Made by a program: the position numbers and the translations under genes
The notes under the pieces: model-generated
Told to the model about the DNA's origin: nothing
What the model saw: the letters and a program-made list of their open reading frames with translations, nothing else
Database searches by the model: none
Shown: positions 40,555-49,228 of the stretch, piece by piece
How the letters are laid out: each line of letters opens with the position of its first letter
Position numbering within the stretch: position 1 is the stretch's first letter
NCBI GenBank assembly: GCA_963752185.1
Contig: CAVVXK010000002.1
Span: 6,791,889-6,855,888 of the forward strand
DNA length: 64,000 nucleotides
Origin: an uncultured Planctomycetaceae bacterium
Lineage (GTDB): Bacteria > Planctomycetota > Planctomycetia > Planctomycetales > Planctomycetaceae
Direction of reading: 5' to 3'

Positions 40555-41773
40555 TCAGCGAATCACCACGGCATCGCACCAGTCGGCCCAATCGTTAATG
40601 TCTGCCAGCTCCCCGTAATCAATGATGAGTGCCAGCTTCCGGGCTCCTTTGATATCGAGCGGTCCCACGGCTGTGGCCGCGCTCATCCCGGTCACGAGCC
40701 CGCTCTCGAAAATGCGCACGCCGTCTTTCTCGACGATAAACCGCACACTCCCCTTGCCGCCCGCCAGGTCATCGAGGGCGGCTGTCGCCTCGAACCGCGA
40801 ATAACGACCGCCGAGGTCGTACTCGATTCCGCTCTGGCTGCGTGTTCCCAGCCCTTTGGGATATTCGGTTCCGTGCACGACCAAAGGCCCGCCCAGCACA
40901 TTGCGGTCTTTGGCAACGGCGACGCGCTCGGCCGTGTCGAAATATCCGCTCACGTGCGCCGCCCGCGGCTCGAGTTCGGACAGATACGTGGCGCGTCCGT
41001 CGAGAAAGCGGATGACCGCGATGGATGCCAGCGGCAACTCCAGCGGCGAGCCGAAGACCGTCGTCAAGCGCAACGGGCCGCCCCGTTCGCGGCTGGCTCC
41101 ATACCCCGTCAGTTGCGAGCCGTCGGTCAGCGTCACGTGGATCCGCGGTTTCTTCACGGTCGGCAGATTCGAGAGGCTCGAATTGAACGTGATGCCGCGG
41201 ATACGGGCCATCTCGATGGCGAGCGGTTTGCCGCCTTGCGACAGCTTGAGCTGCGTCTGATCAAACGAGAGCAAGTCTCCCGTCGCCCGATCGCCGTTCT
41301 GCAACAGCACGACGTCGGACTTGGATCCCCGACTGAAGACCCGCGTGAACCAGCGTGCCCGCTGAGCCGGCTCGGCCGGCGCGCTCATCAAAATGCCCGC
41401 GATGTTTTCCGACGGAATTGCGCACCGGCGGCCACTCCGGATGCGATTTCCAGAGCGCGATCACGGCCTCGTCGACCATGTTTGTGAGACCGGCGACGAC
41501 GCGGTCGCCGTTGATCAACTGGATCAACGTCGCCCGCTGCCGAACTTCCTCGACTCGACCGCGAAAATTGAGCCGCACGACGTCGGCGACAGGCAGGCTT
41601 TGCTCGCCCAGGCGAAGACTTCCCTCCGTGATCGACCGTAACGAGCCAGTCGCCTCGTTGCCGTTGGCAAGCCGGGCGACGGCCGTCTCGGAGTCCTCCT
41701 GCGCGAGGAGAAGCTGCGGCGCAATCACAATCAAGAGGCCGAAGGTCATCCGCAGTCGTGTCTTCTGGTGCAA
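40555..41773 (-). CDS. Secreted NPCBM/NEW2 domain protein, frame break at about 41418-41426
   Basis: The C-terminal NPCBM-like core is TYLSELEP...GGPLVVHGTEYPKGLGTRSQSGIEYDLGGRYSRFEATAALDD...GSVRFIV...DINDWADWCDAVV. The N-terminal fragment with leader MHQKTRLRMTFGLLIVIAPQLLLAQ runs to ...HPEWPPV and continues in the next frame as IPSENIAGILMSAPAEP. Confidence 0.75.
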
Positions 41774-41792
41774 TTTCGCAAGACGTGGTCGA

Positions 41793-42899
41793 TCATCGTT
41801 GGAAGATGGGCAGGTAATTATTGGGCGTTTGCAGGATCAGGAGCGCCATGGCCGTGGCGTATTCGTCGCCGTAAGCCGACGGGTCGCGCCAGCCCCCCGT
41901 CGACGTGTGAAAGGGGAACTGCAGCAGTTCGTCGCGTACGTCGGGATACCATTGTTTCCAGCGTTCGCCGCCCGCGTGCCACATGGCCTGCACGGCGTAG
42001 TAATGACTGTAGAAGTAATGGTTCGACGGCTGTCGCATCCCGGCGCCCGGCCGGTAGCGCTCGAGATAGTGCAGACCGGCTTCGATCGGTTTGCCCTCGT
42101 AGACGCCCCCGCTGTACAGGGCCACCACCCCCGCGGCCGTGAGGCCGAAGGTGACCTGCCACGTCGTCGACAACTGATACCGAAAGCCCCCTTCAACCGT
42201 CTGGCACTTGCGCACGTATTCGATGCAGCGGTCGATCGTCTCCTTGGGAACGAAGATGCCCGCGTTGCGGGCCGCACGCAATGCCATCACCTGGCAAATC
42301 GTGACGGAGAGGTCGGCGTCCTTCGAGTCGGGCTCATAGCGCCAGCCACCCTCCTTGTTTTGTGAATTGATGATGAGCTGCACGGCCCGTTGCAAACCGT
42401 CTCGCACGCGCGGCGTTTTCGTCATTCCGTAAATTTCGCCGAGAAACAGCGTGGCGAAACCGTGGTCGTACATCGGGCCGTGGCCCGTGTTGCCGTCGTC
42501 GAAGATGAAGCCGTTGGGCTGCACCCGCGACAAGAGAAAGTCGACCGCCTTTTGCACATTCGTGCCGTACTTGCCGCGTCCCGGCGTATTGCCCGACGAA
42601 AGAAAGGCCATACCGGCAAGAGCCGTCACGGCGATGCGGCGTCGGCTGCTGGCCATCGAGCCGAAGGACCCGTCGCGATTATCCTGCCGCCCGGCCAGAT
42701 AGGCGAGACCGGCATCAATCGCCTGCTGCGTCTCCGGCGTAACCAACTCTTTCGCCGACGCCTCGGTCGCACGGTCGATCTGCGGATCGGCAAATGCAGG
42801 CTGGGAGGCGAGAAGCAGCGCGAGGACGACCGCAACGAGACTGCGAACGATTGCCTTATCGCGGCACGTTGTCCGGGTAGAGTGCGCTCGGAGCGCCAA
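41793..42899 (-). CDS. Prenyltransferase/squalene oxidase repeat-containing protein (terpenoid cyclase-fold), secreted
   Basis: Repeats include GRQDNRDGSFGS, GGWRYEPDSKDADLSVTICQVMALRAA and QTVEGGFRYQ. I prefer the TTG at 42899 because it puts the leader RSLVAVVLALLLASQPAFA near the N-terminus. The ATG at 43091 and the ORF-track start at 43214 are alternatives. Confidence 0.75.
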   Translation of the reverse strand: MALRAHSTRTTCRDKAIVRSLVAVVLALLLASQPAFADPQIDRATEASAKELVTPETQQAIDAGLAYLAGRQDNRDGSFGSMASSRRRIAVTALAGMAFLSSGNTPGRGKYGTNVQKAVDFLLSRVQPNGFIFDDGNTGHGPMYDHGFATLFLGEIYGMTKTPRVRDGLQRAVQLIINSQNKEGGWRYEPDSKDADLSVTICQVMALRAARNAGIFVPKETIDRCIEYVRKCQTVEGGFRYQLSTTWQVTFGLTAAGVVALYSGGVYEGKPIEAGLHYLERYRPGAGMRQPSNHYFYSHYYAVQAMWHAGGERWKQWYPDVRDELLQFPFHTSTGGWRDPSAYGDEYATAMALLILQTPNNYLPIFQR

Positions 42900-43397
42900 T
42901 CGTGCGCCGGGAGGTGCAACCACTGGACCGGCTCCCGGCGGCGGTGCGTTGTTTGTGCCGCCCGGCGGAACTCCGAGGAGATTCTTGGGCTTCTTGGGTG
43001 CGCCTGGGCTCAGTCCGCTCTTGCAGGAAGCCCGGAGGACGGGCTCCCGTGTCGGGGCCGATGTCCGTTTCGGGAAGTGGATCGTGCACATTGAACGACC
43101 GCTTATCGGAGTCGTACTGCGTGGGCGCGAGATTCGGCAACCGCGTCCCCTGGCAGCCCTGGGCCGCGAGGACCAGGCATATGGCCCAGGGCACGACGCG
43201 GCGAACGGCGGCATGATCGGTGTCCAACAAACGGACGCGTCGGGCGTGCATGTCTCGATCCTTCGTGACGGCGGCCACGTCGCAGCCTCGAAGCGTGCGC
43301 GTGTGGGCGATCCTCACCCCCGGTCTCCTCCCGCTGGCGTGATTCTACAGGTGCCACTCGACCACGAACAGACCGGTTTGGAATGGCGAGACGGAAA

Positions 43398-43432
43398 CGA
43401 TTTTGGATTTTAGATTTTGGATTTTGGATTGA
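43398..43432. repeat. Heptamer-tract repeat, left copy of a 35-bp inverted pair
   Basis: cgatttt ggatttt agatttt ggatttt ggattga. It matches the reverse complement of 44123-44157 at 34 of 35 positions. Confidence 0.9.
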
Positions 43433-43483
43433 ATCGATCCGACCGTCCACGGCATTGCCAATCGAAAGGACTCTTGGGCCTCT

Positions 43484-43629
43484 GTGTGAGCACGCACGAA
43501 GGTGCTCAGTTTTCGGTGCGCACCTTGGAAAAGGGTGAGCATCTTCCGAAGGAATCTCCGGGGTTTTCCAAGATGCTCACTTTTCGAAACCTGTGAGCAT
43601 CTTCGAATGGGTTGAGCATCTTCGAAGAG
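43484..43629. repeat. Array of 5-6 copies of a GTGAGCATCTTCGAA-like motif in both orientations
   Basis: Copies are at about 43484 (diverged), 43534, 43570 (inverted), 43592 and 43611. Two hairpins form: tgagcac-N8-gtgctca (43486-43508), and gtgagcatctt-N24-aagatgctcac (43535-43580). Each hairpin is followed by tttt. Confidence 0.8.
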
Positions 43630-43740
43630 AGGAGCCGTCGTAAGGAGACTGCCGGCGAACGGCATTCACCGCCAGCGGTCTCGCGCCGCTTTCTGCCTTG
43701 GTTCTCTGCTTTCACCCTTCTCCATCTCCTGCGACAGCCA

Positions 43741-43815
43741 AAAGGCCAAGGAGATCCGCGGATTACGCCGATTTGAATTCGAAAATCTGCGTCATCGGCG
43801 AAATCTGCGGATCCC
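43741..43815. repeat. Repeat family 3, copy 2
   Basis: aaaggccaaggagatccgcggattacgccgatttgaattcgaaaatctgcgtcatcggcgaaatctgcggatccc aligns with 18985-19069. Confidence 0.7.
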
Positions 43816-43904
43816 TCTCTTGACCACGGATCACACCGATCGTCCGAGAGATCGGCGGTGGTTTTATGCTGGACGGAATTACGACAACCGAAAGGACGCA
43901 GCGC

Positions 43905-43941
43905 AAAAAAAAGAGCCGCGCCCTTGATTCAGGCACGGCTC
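43905..43941 (-). terminator. Strong intrinsic terminator (minus strand)
   Basis: The minus-strand RNA would read gagccgugcc-ugaaucaag-ggcgcggcuc followed by eight U. Nine of ten stem positions pair. Confidence 0.7.
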
Positions 43942-43954
43942 CGCATAAGCGAGA

Positions 43955-44012
43955 TTTACAGCTCTTGGCTGTACCGTATTTGATTGACAGCTTGTGGCCG
44001 TCCCGTATTTTG
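43955..44012. repeat. Tandem duplication of a 29-nt hairpin module
   Basis: atttacagctcttggctgtaccgtatttg and attgacagcttgtggccgtcccgtatttt are identical at 23 of 29 positions. Each has a 5-6 bp stem (acagc/gctgt). Confidence 0.65.
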
Positions 44013-44122
44013 GCGTTCTCTAGCTTTATTGTACGCGATGCGCTCGAGTCGTTCCATAGCAAAATATTTTTAGCACTCTTCCGCTCGCAGGCGGCGATCG
44101 ATTTTGGATTACCGCTTTTTTT

Positions 44123-44157
44123 TCAATCCAAAATCCAAAATCGAAAATCCAAAATCG
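44123..44157. repeat. Heptamer-tract repeat, right copy of the inverted pair
   Basis: tcaatcc aaaatcc aaaatcg aaaatcc aaaatcg. It ends 2 nt from the stop codon of the lipoprotein gene. A short opposite-orientation piece, cgattttggatt at 44099-44110, can pair with it. Confidence 0.9.
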
Positions 44158-44159
44158 AT

Positions 44160-44657
44160 TCAGTGCTCGTGCTTGATGTCGCCCGAGAAGCTTTTGTCGC
44201 CGATCTTGACGCTCACGGTCCCTTTGAGGTCCTCCTCATCCTTGATGTGAGCTTTGATGTCCGGATCGCCGGCGAGCTCGAATCGCGACGACTTGCTTTG
44301 CGGATCGCCCGCGTCGGGGACGGGCGGCAATTTGAAGCCTGCGCTCTTGCCGTCGATCGTCAGTTTGAGGGCGACGTCCTTGGCGTCAATCGGCTCAGCC
44401 TTTTTGGCCGTCGAGTCGAGAATATAAATCGTGAGCTTGGCCGACTTGGCGTCGAAGACGACCTCCGCGTGATGTTCCTCTTCGCCCAACTCGACGAGGT
44501 GGCCGCTGTGCGGGCCGTGTTCGTGGTCGTGCGGCGGCGCAGCCTTGACGGCGACGCCCTTGGTCACCGGGTGATATTCCGCATTTTGCCCGCTACACCC
44601 GGCGAGCGTAACCAGGGTCAAAGCGGCAATTCCGCCAACGAGGAGTGTGGACCGCAT
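44160..44657 (-). CDS. His-rich lipoprotein (hypothetical, possible metal binding)
   Basis: Lipobox LTLVTLAGCSG. Histidine clusters are PPHDHEHGPHSGH, EEEHHAE and a C-terminal KHEH. Confidence 0.65.
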   Translation of the reverse strand: MRSTLLVGGIAALTLVTLAGCSGQNAEYHPVTKGVAVKAAPPHDHEHGPHSGHLVELGEEEHHAEVVFDAKSAKLTIYILDSTAKKAEPIDAKDVALKLTIDGKSAGFKLPPVPDAGDPQSKSSRFELAGDPDIKAHIKDEEDLKGTVSVKIGDKSFSGDIKHEH

Positions 44658-44750
44658 CAGTTCTTCCCTTCCTCAAGCTGCGCAAAAGAGGCGACAGTTA
44701 GAAATTAGAGGAAGAGACGATCGCGAACAAGCCGCTGAATCCCGCGCAGC

Positions 44751-46334
44751 TCAATTCCCCTCGTCGTCCGGCTTGACGGCCCGCTTTCGCATCGGCCGTC
44801 GGGCTCTTACGGGACTGCGCGGGCGGACGTGCGACTTCGCTTCCGGTGAAAGCTGACTTTCACCCGCCGCGGCCGGCTTGTTTTGCGATTCGGTGACCGA
44901 TTGATCATCGAGCACGAAAAAGACCTGATACGACCGCTGTGCCGTCCCCGCGACCACCTGCTTTCCCTTGAGCGCTCCCGCCTGGCCCTTATCTGCCGGA
45001 ACGGATTGGAGCGCCGGCAAGCCGGGCTTTCGAACGGTGTCGCCAGTCGTCGCCGATTGCACGAGTTCCATCAAATCGTTGGCCGACTGCGGAACCGCGG
45101 TTTGACCGTTCGTTGCCGTGTCCGAAGACAAGGTGGCGGCGCCGGTAATCTTGTCGACTGTGGCATGCGGCAGACTGAGCGTCTGGGCCCGCGAGTGCTG
45201 GCTTGCCGTCGTTACCGGGCGCTGAGCGTATTCGGCGAGCTTGGCCGCCGAGATCGCGTTTGTGAGCTGCGCGCGTTGGACCTGGCTTTGATTCTGCACG
45301 TCCTTCAAGACGCCCACGAGTTCGTCCCGGCTGCCTTCGACAAACACGCAAACCAATTCGCCGCGCCCATTCGACACGGTTTTGCCATCGACCACGACCG
45401 ACCCCTGCCTCTCGGCGAAACGCTCCTTCATGAGCTTTTCTTTTTCTTCGCCGCGTACGGGTCGACTCGCGTCGCGTATCAACAGGTTCTGCAGACCGAG
45501 GAGACTGGTCGTCCGATTCACCAATGTCAGCCGTACGACCGCCACTTGATCGCCGACGCTTTCGAGTGCCTCGACCACGTCGCCTTCCCGAGCCGCCTTG
45601 AGTTCGGCCGGAAAGACCATTCGCGATTTGCCGGCATCGACCAGAGCCGGTGCCGCGGCATTCCGCGTCGGTGCCGCGGCATTCAGCGGCGGGACGGCCG
45701 GACTTGCTATTCCGGATTTCATTCTCGCCCGAAAATGCCCGTCCGCTTTGGCAACGGCAACGGTCGCCTCGGCGTTGGGTTTTGAAGCCGCCGGCTGCGA
45801 TGACGGAGGCATCGAAGACAGCGCGTCGAATGCGACGGCTTTCGGTGACTGCGGTTCAAGGCGAGACTGGCGATCGACAGAACTCGCCTCTCGCATCGCG
45901 ACCGCGTCTTTCCGCAGCGAGTCTTGGAACACCGCGTCTTTCACCACGGCGTCTTTCAACACCGCGTCTTTCCGGGCGGGAAGGTTGACGACAACGAGCA
46001 CTGCCGCGGCTGTTGCCACCGCTCCGACAAGCGAGACAATCCACGCCCGACGAAACGGCCTGCCTGATTGCGCATCACGCGGCAACGTAGCGGACGCTTC
46101 CAGCGGAATCAACGTTTCCCGTTCGGCCTGCTGCATCACTGCGGCCGCAAACTCCGTCGGCGCGGTCCGTCGCGGCAGTTCGTGCAGGAGTTGGCCCAAC
46201 CGCTGATAGTCTTGGAACTCTTGGCGGGCCTGCGATGACTTCTGCAAATGCTTGCGCACCAACGCCTCTTCGTCCGGAGTTACCTCGCGGTCGAGAAAGG
46301 CGGAGAGCAGATCGTCGGGAATCTTGGATGTCAT
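44751..46334 (-). CDS. Anti-sigma-factor-like membrane protein
   Basis: The N-terminus DDLLSAFLDREVTPDEEALVRKHLQKSSQARQEFQDYQRL follows the anti-sigma N-domain pattern but lacks the Cys ligands. It has a single TM (WIVSLVGAVATAAAVLVVV) and a KDAV tandem repeat. The ATG at 46334 was chosen. Confidence 0.55.
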   Translation of the reverse strand: MTSKIPDDLLSAFLDREVTPDEEALVRKHLQKSSQARQEFQDYQRLGQLLHELPRRTAPTEFAAAVMQQAERETLIPLEASATLPRDAQSGRPFRRAWIVSLVGAVATAAAVLVVVNLPARKDAVLKDAVVKDAVFQDSLRKDAVAMREASSVDRQSRLEPQSPKAVAFDALSSMPPSSQPAASKPNAEATVAVAKADGHFRARMKSGIASPAVPPLNAAAPTRNAAAPALVDAGKSRMVFPAELKAAREGDVVEALESVGDQVAVVRLTLVNRTTSLLGLQNLLIRDASRPVRGEEKEKLMKERFAERQGSVVVDGKTVSNGRGELVCVFVEGSRDELVGVLKDVQNQSQVQRAQLTNAISAAKLAEYAQRPVTTASQHSRAQTLSLPHATVDKITGAATLSSDTATNGQTAVPQSANDLMELVQSATTGDTVRKPGLPALQSVPADKGQAGALKGKQVVAGTAQRSYQVFFVLDDQSVTESQNKPAAAGESQLSPEAKSHVRPRSPVRARRPMRKRAVKPDDEGN

Positions 46335-46573
46335 GGGACTATGGAGGTAATCCCTGCGCAAATCGCGCGCCGGGCCTCCCTAATTAGACTCACCTGCGGT
46401 CGAGATGGTTCCAGAAATTCTCGCCGAATTACCAATTGTAAATCAAGGTCCAGTTGGCATTTATGAAACGATCGGTATAAACGGCGATTTATGTCAGGGA
46501 TCATGAACTGGCGCACAGAGATGAGTATCGTCCAGTCGCGGCGACTGGGTCCAACCCCTCTGCTCGCAAACCC

Positions 46574-48082
46574 TTAGATCGCTGCGTCCTGGGCCGACTT
46601 TGCGACCAAAGTGGCGAATCGCGGGTAGGCCTCGTCCCATTGAGCCGGGTTACGCGGCTCGAATGTCACCGGTGCACTCGAAGCCCGGACGACCTCCCGG
46701 AGGTCGGCCAGGCTGCCGAGTTCGCCCAATGAGCGGGCCTGAACGAGCAAATTGCCCAACACGGTCGCCTCGACGGGGCCCGCCACGACCGGCCGTCCGC
46801 AAGCGTCAGCCGTGAGCTGATTCAACGCTTCGTTCTGGCAGCCTCCGCCGACGACGTGAATCGTCGTGATGCGAATTCCGGTCAGCTCTTCCAGCCATTC
46901 CAGCACCATGCGGTACTTGAGCGCCAGGCTCTCCAGGCAACAGCGAATCAATTCGCCTTCGGTTTGCGGGACCGGTTCGCCGTAGCGGGCGCACCATTCG
47001 CGAATCGCGATTGCCATGTCGTCGGGTTTGAGGAACGCCCGGGAGTCGGGATTCACGAGCGATCGCAGCGGCCGGGCCTCTGCCGCCATGGCCGTGAGTT
47101 GGGCATAGCTGAAATTCTTCCCCGTGCGCTCAAAGGCCCGTTTGCACTCCTGAACGAGCCAGAGGCCCATGATGTTCTTGAGCAACCGATACGTGCCGTC
47201 GATGCCCCCTTCGTTGGTGACGTTCAACTCCAGCGCCCGATCGGTGAGCACGGCCTTGTGCACTTCGACACCCATCAGCGACCACGTTCCCGAGCTGATG
47301 TAGGCCCAATCGGGCGAGCCGGTCTTCTTTGTGGGCACGGCGGCGACCGCGGAACCCGTGTCGTGAGTGGCCGGGGCGACGACTTCGATGCGTGCGAGCC
47401 CCGTGCGCGACGCGATCGCCTCCCTCAATCGGCCCAGGCGCGTGCCCGGTTCGACAACCTCCGGAAACATCGCGAGCGGCAAGCCGAATTTGCGAAGCAG
47501 ATCGAAGGCCCATTGGCCCGCCGTCGGATGGAAGCATTGCGTCGTCGTGGCGTTTGTGCGTTCCACAACGCGACTTCCCGAGAGACACCAATGGAAAAAG
47601 TCGGGCATCATCAACAGGCGGTCGGCCAGTCCCAGCAAGTCGGCGTTGGTCTTTTGGAAGGCCAACAGTTGAAACAACGTGTTGAACTCCATGAATTGCA
47701 GGCCGGTTTGTCCGAAGATCTCCCGCTTGGGCACGCGGCTGAACGCCGGCCCGAGAATTCCTTCGGTCCGCGAGTCGCGATAGTGATACGGCTGGCCGAG
47801 GATCTCGCCCGTGCGCGACAAGAGCACATAGTCGACGCCCCAAGTGTCGACGCCGACCGATGCGACGCGATTGCCGTACGTCGCCGCTCCCTTCGCGAGG
47901 CCGTCCTGAATCTCCGACCAGAGCCGCAGCACGTCCCAGCGGAGCGTGTTGCCGATCGAGACGGCCCCGTTGGGAAAGCGGTGCACCTGCTCGAGGCGAA
48001 TCTGGCGGCCGTCGAACAGGCCGGCCATCACGCGGCCGCTCTCCGCGCCGAGATCGACTCCGAGAAAACAGGTCTGTGTCAT
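46574..48082 (-). CDS. rhaB: Rhamnulokinase-like FGGY family carbohydrate kinase
   Basis: The N-terminus is [55 protein letters not shown], with [19 protein letters not shown] further along. I chose the ATG at 48082, because the upstream ORF extension overlaps tadA. Confidence 0.8.
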   Translation of the reverse strand: MTQTCFLGVDLGAESGRVMAGLFDGRQIRLEQVHRFPNGAVSIGNTLRWDVLRLWSEIQDGLAKGAATYGNRVASVGVDTWGVDYVLLSRTGEILGQPYHYRDSRTEGILGPAFSRVPKREIFGQTGLQFMEFNTLFQLLAFQKTNADLLGLADRLLMMPDFFHWCLSGSRVVERTNATTTQCFHPTAGQWAFDLLRKFGLPLAMFPEVVEPGTRLGRLREAIASRTGLARIEVVAPATHDTGSAVAAVPTKKTGSPDWAYISSGTWSLMGVEVHKAVLTDRALELNVTNEGGIDGTYRLLKNIMGLWLVQECKRAFERTGKNFSYAQLTAMAAEARPLRSLVNPDSRAFLKPDDMAIAIREWCARYGEPVPQTEGELIRCCLESLALKYRMVLEWLEELTGIRITTIHVVGGGCQNEALNQLTADACGRPVVAGPVEATVLGNLLVQARSLGELGSLADLREVVRASSAPVTFEPRNPAQWDEAYPRFATLVAKSAQDAAI

Positions 48083-48095
48083 TTCTATCTCGGTG

Positions 48096-48629
48096 TCATT
48101 TCTTGCCGAGTTTCCGTTGCTGGGCGAAGAACTCCTGCAACAGGGCGCGTGATTCATCGTGCAGGATTCCGCCCATGACGATGGCCTGGTGGTTGAGCCG
48201 CACGTCGCTCGTGATTTGAAACAGCGTGTGGCATCCTCCCGCTTTCGGATCCGTCGCACCGTAGAAGACGGTCGGAATGCGGGCTTGCACAATTGCCCCG
48301 GCACACATCGGGCAAGGTTCGAGAGTGACGTACAGCGTACAATCCAAGAGCCGCCACGACCCCAACGCGTGGGCGGCCTGGGTGATGGCGATCATCTCCG
48401 CATGGGCCGTGGGGTCCTGCAGCGCCTCGCGCTGGTTGCCTGCCGCTCCTACAATGTGCTCGTCGTGAATAACAACCGCGCCGATCGGCACTTCGCCGGC
48501 TTCAAAAGCGGCCCGGGCCTCGTCGAGGGCCGCCCGCATCCAGTGTTCGTGCAATTGGAGCGGATTTTCGTACAGATCCACGGTTTCCCCGTCTGCGGTG
48601 CGCCTGACGACGTAAGCCTTTGCCATCAT
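48096..48629 (-). CDS. tadA: tRNA adenosine(34) deaminase
   Basis: The CDA zinc motifs HAEMIAI and PCPMCAGA are present in the context [11 protein letters not shown]...[35 protein letters not shown]. Confidence 0.9.
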   Translation of the reverse strand: MMAKAYVVRRTADGETVDLYENPLQLHEHWMRAALDEARAAFEAGEVPIGAVVIHDEHIVGAAGNQREALQDPTAHAEMIAITQAAHALGSWRLLDCTLYVTLEPCPMCAGAIVQARIPTVFYGATDPKAGGCHTLFQITSDVRLNHQAIVMGGILHDESRALLQEFFAQQRKLGKK

Positions 48630-48676
48630 AGCAGGAGAATCGGGGCGTCCGGCCAGCCTCCGAGTGCTATCCAGGG

Positions 48677-48702
48677 TTGCAAGATCGCAAGAGGACTATA
48701 AT
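48677..48702 (+). promoter_or_regulatory. Possible sigma70-type promoter upstream of rpsR
   Basis: A perfect -10 TATAAT lies at 48697-48702, about 54 bp upstream of the rpsR ATG. A TTGCAA at 48677-48682 leaves only a 14-nt spacer, so the -35 assignment is weak. Confidence 0.3.
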
Positions 48703-48755
48703 AATTCTGGTTTCCACGCGAGGATCGGGGATCCGGGGGAAGGTGTCGACCGACT

Positions 48756-49039
48756 ATGGCCACATTGAACAGGGTTGAGATCAAGAAACGCCGGAAAAAG
48801 CGGGCCCGGCTCAAGAAGAAGCTGCGGTGCCGTTTCTGTCCGGATGGCTGCAACCATTCACCCCGTCCGATTTACGTGGATTTCAAAGACTTAAAGACTC
48901 TGCGGCTGATGATCGACCGGGAGGGGCACATTCAGTCTCGCCGCCGTACCGGAAACTGCGCCAAGTACCACGCGCGGTTCGGCGGGCCGTTTTGCTCGCG
49001 CGGTTCATGGGATTGCTCCCGTACGTGCCGGAAGAATAG
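48756..49039 (+). CDS. rpsR: 30S ribosomal protein S18 (bS18), apparent 1-nt frame break at about 48969-48972
   Basis: CRFCPDG...IYVDFKDLKTLRLMIDREGHIQSRRRTGNCAKYH is followed one frame off by RAVRRAVLLARFMGLLPYVPEE and a stop at 49037-49039. Restoring one c in tacca(c)cgcg joins the frames. Confidence 0.85.
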
Positions 49040-49228
49040 ATCGGTCCGCGCCGGTCCCGCGAATGGTTCACGCCTCGAACCGGACGCTGTCTTTCGGACG
49101 AAAACTCGCGATGAATACTGTCCCGAGGTCAACGCGCCCCATAACAAAGGCTGCGTTCGGCAATTCGTTCCCGGGCCATTCAGAATCAAGATGTGATAAT
49201 CGCAGCGGAAGAGTGGAGGAAATAAGGT

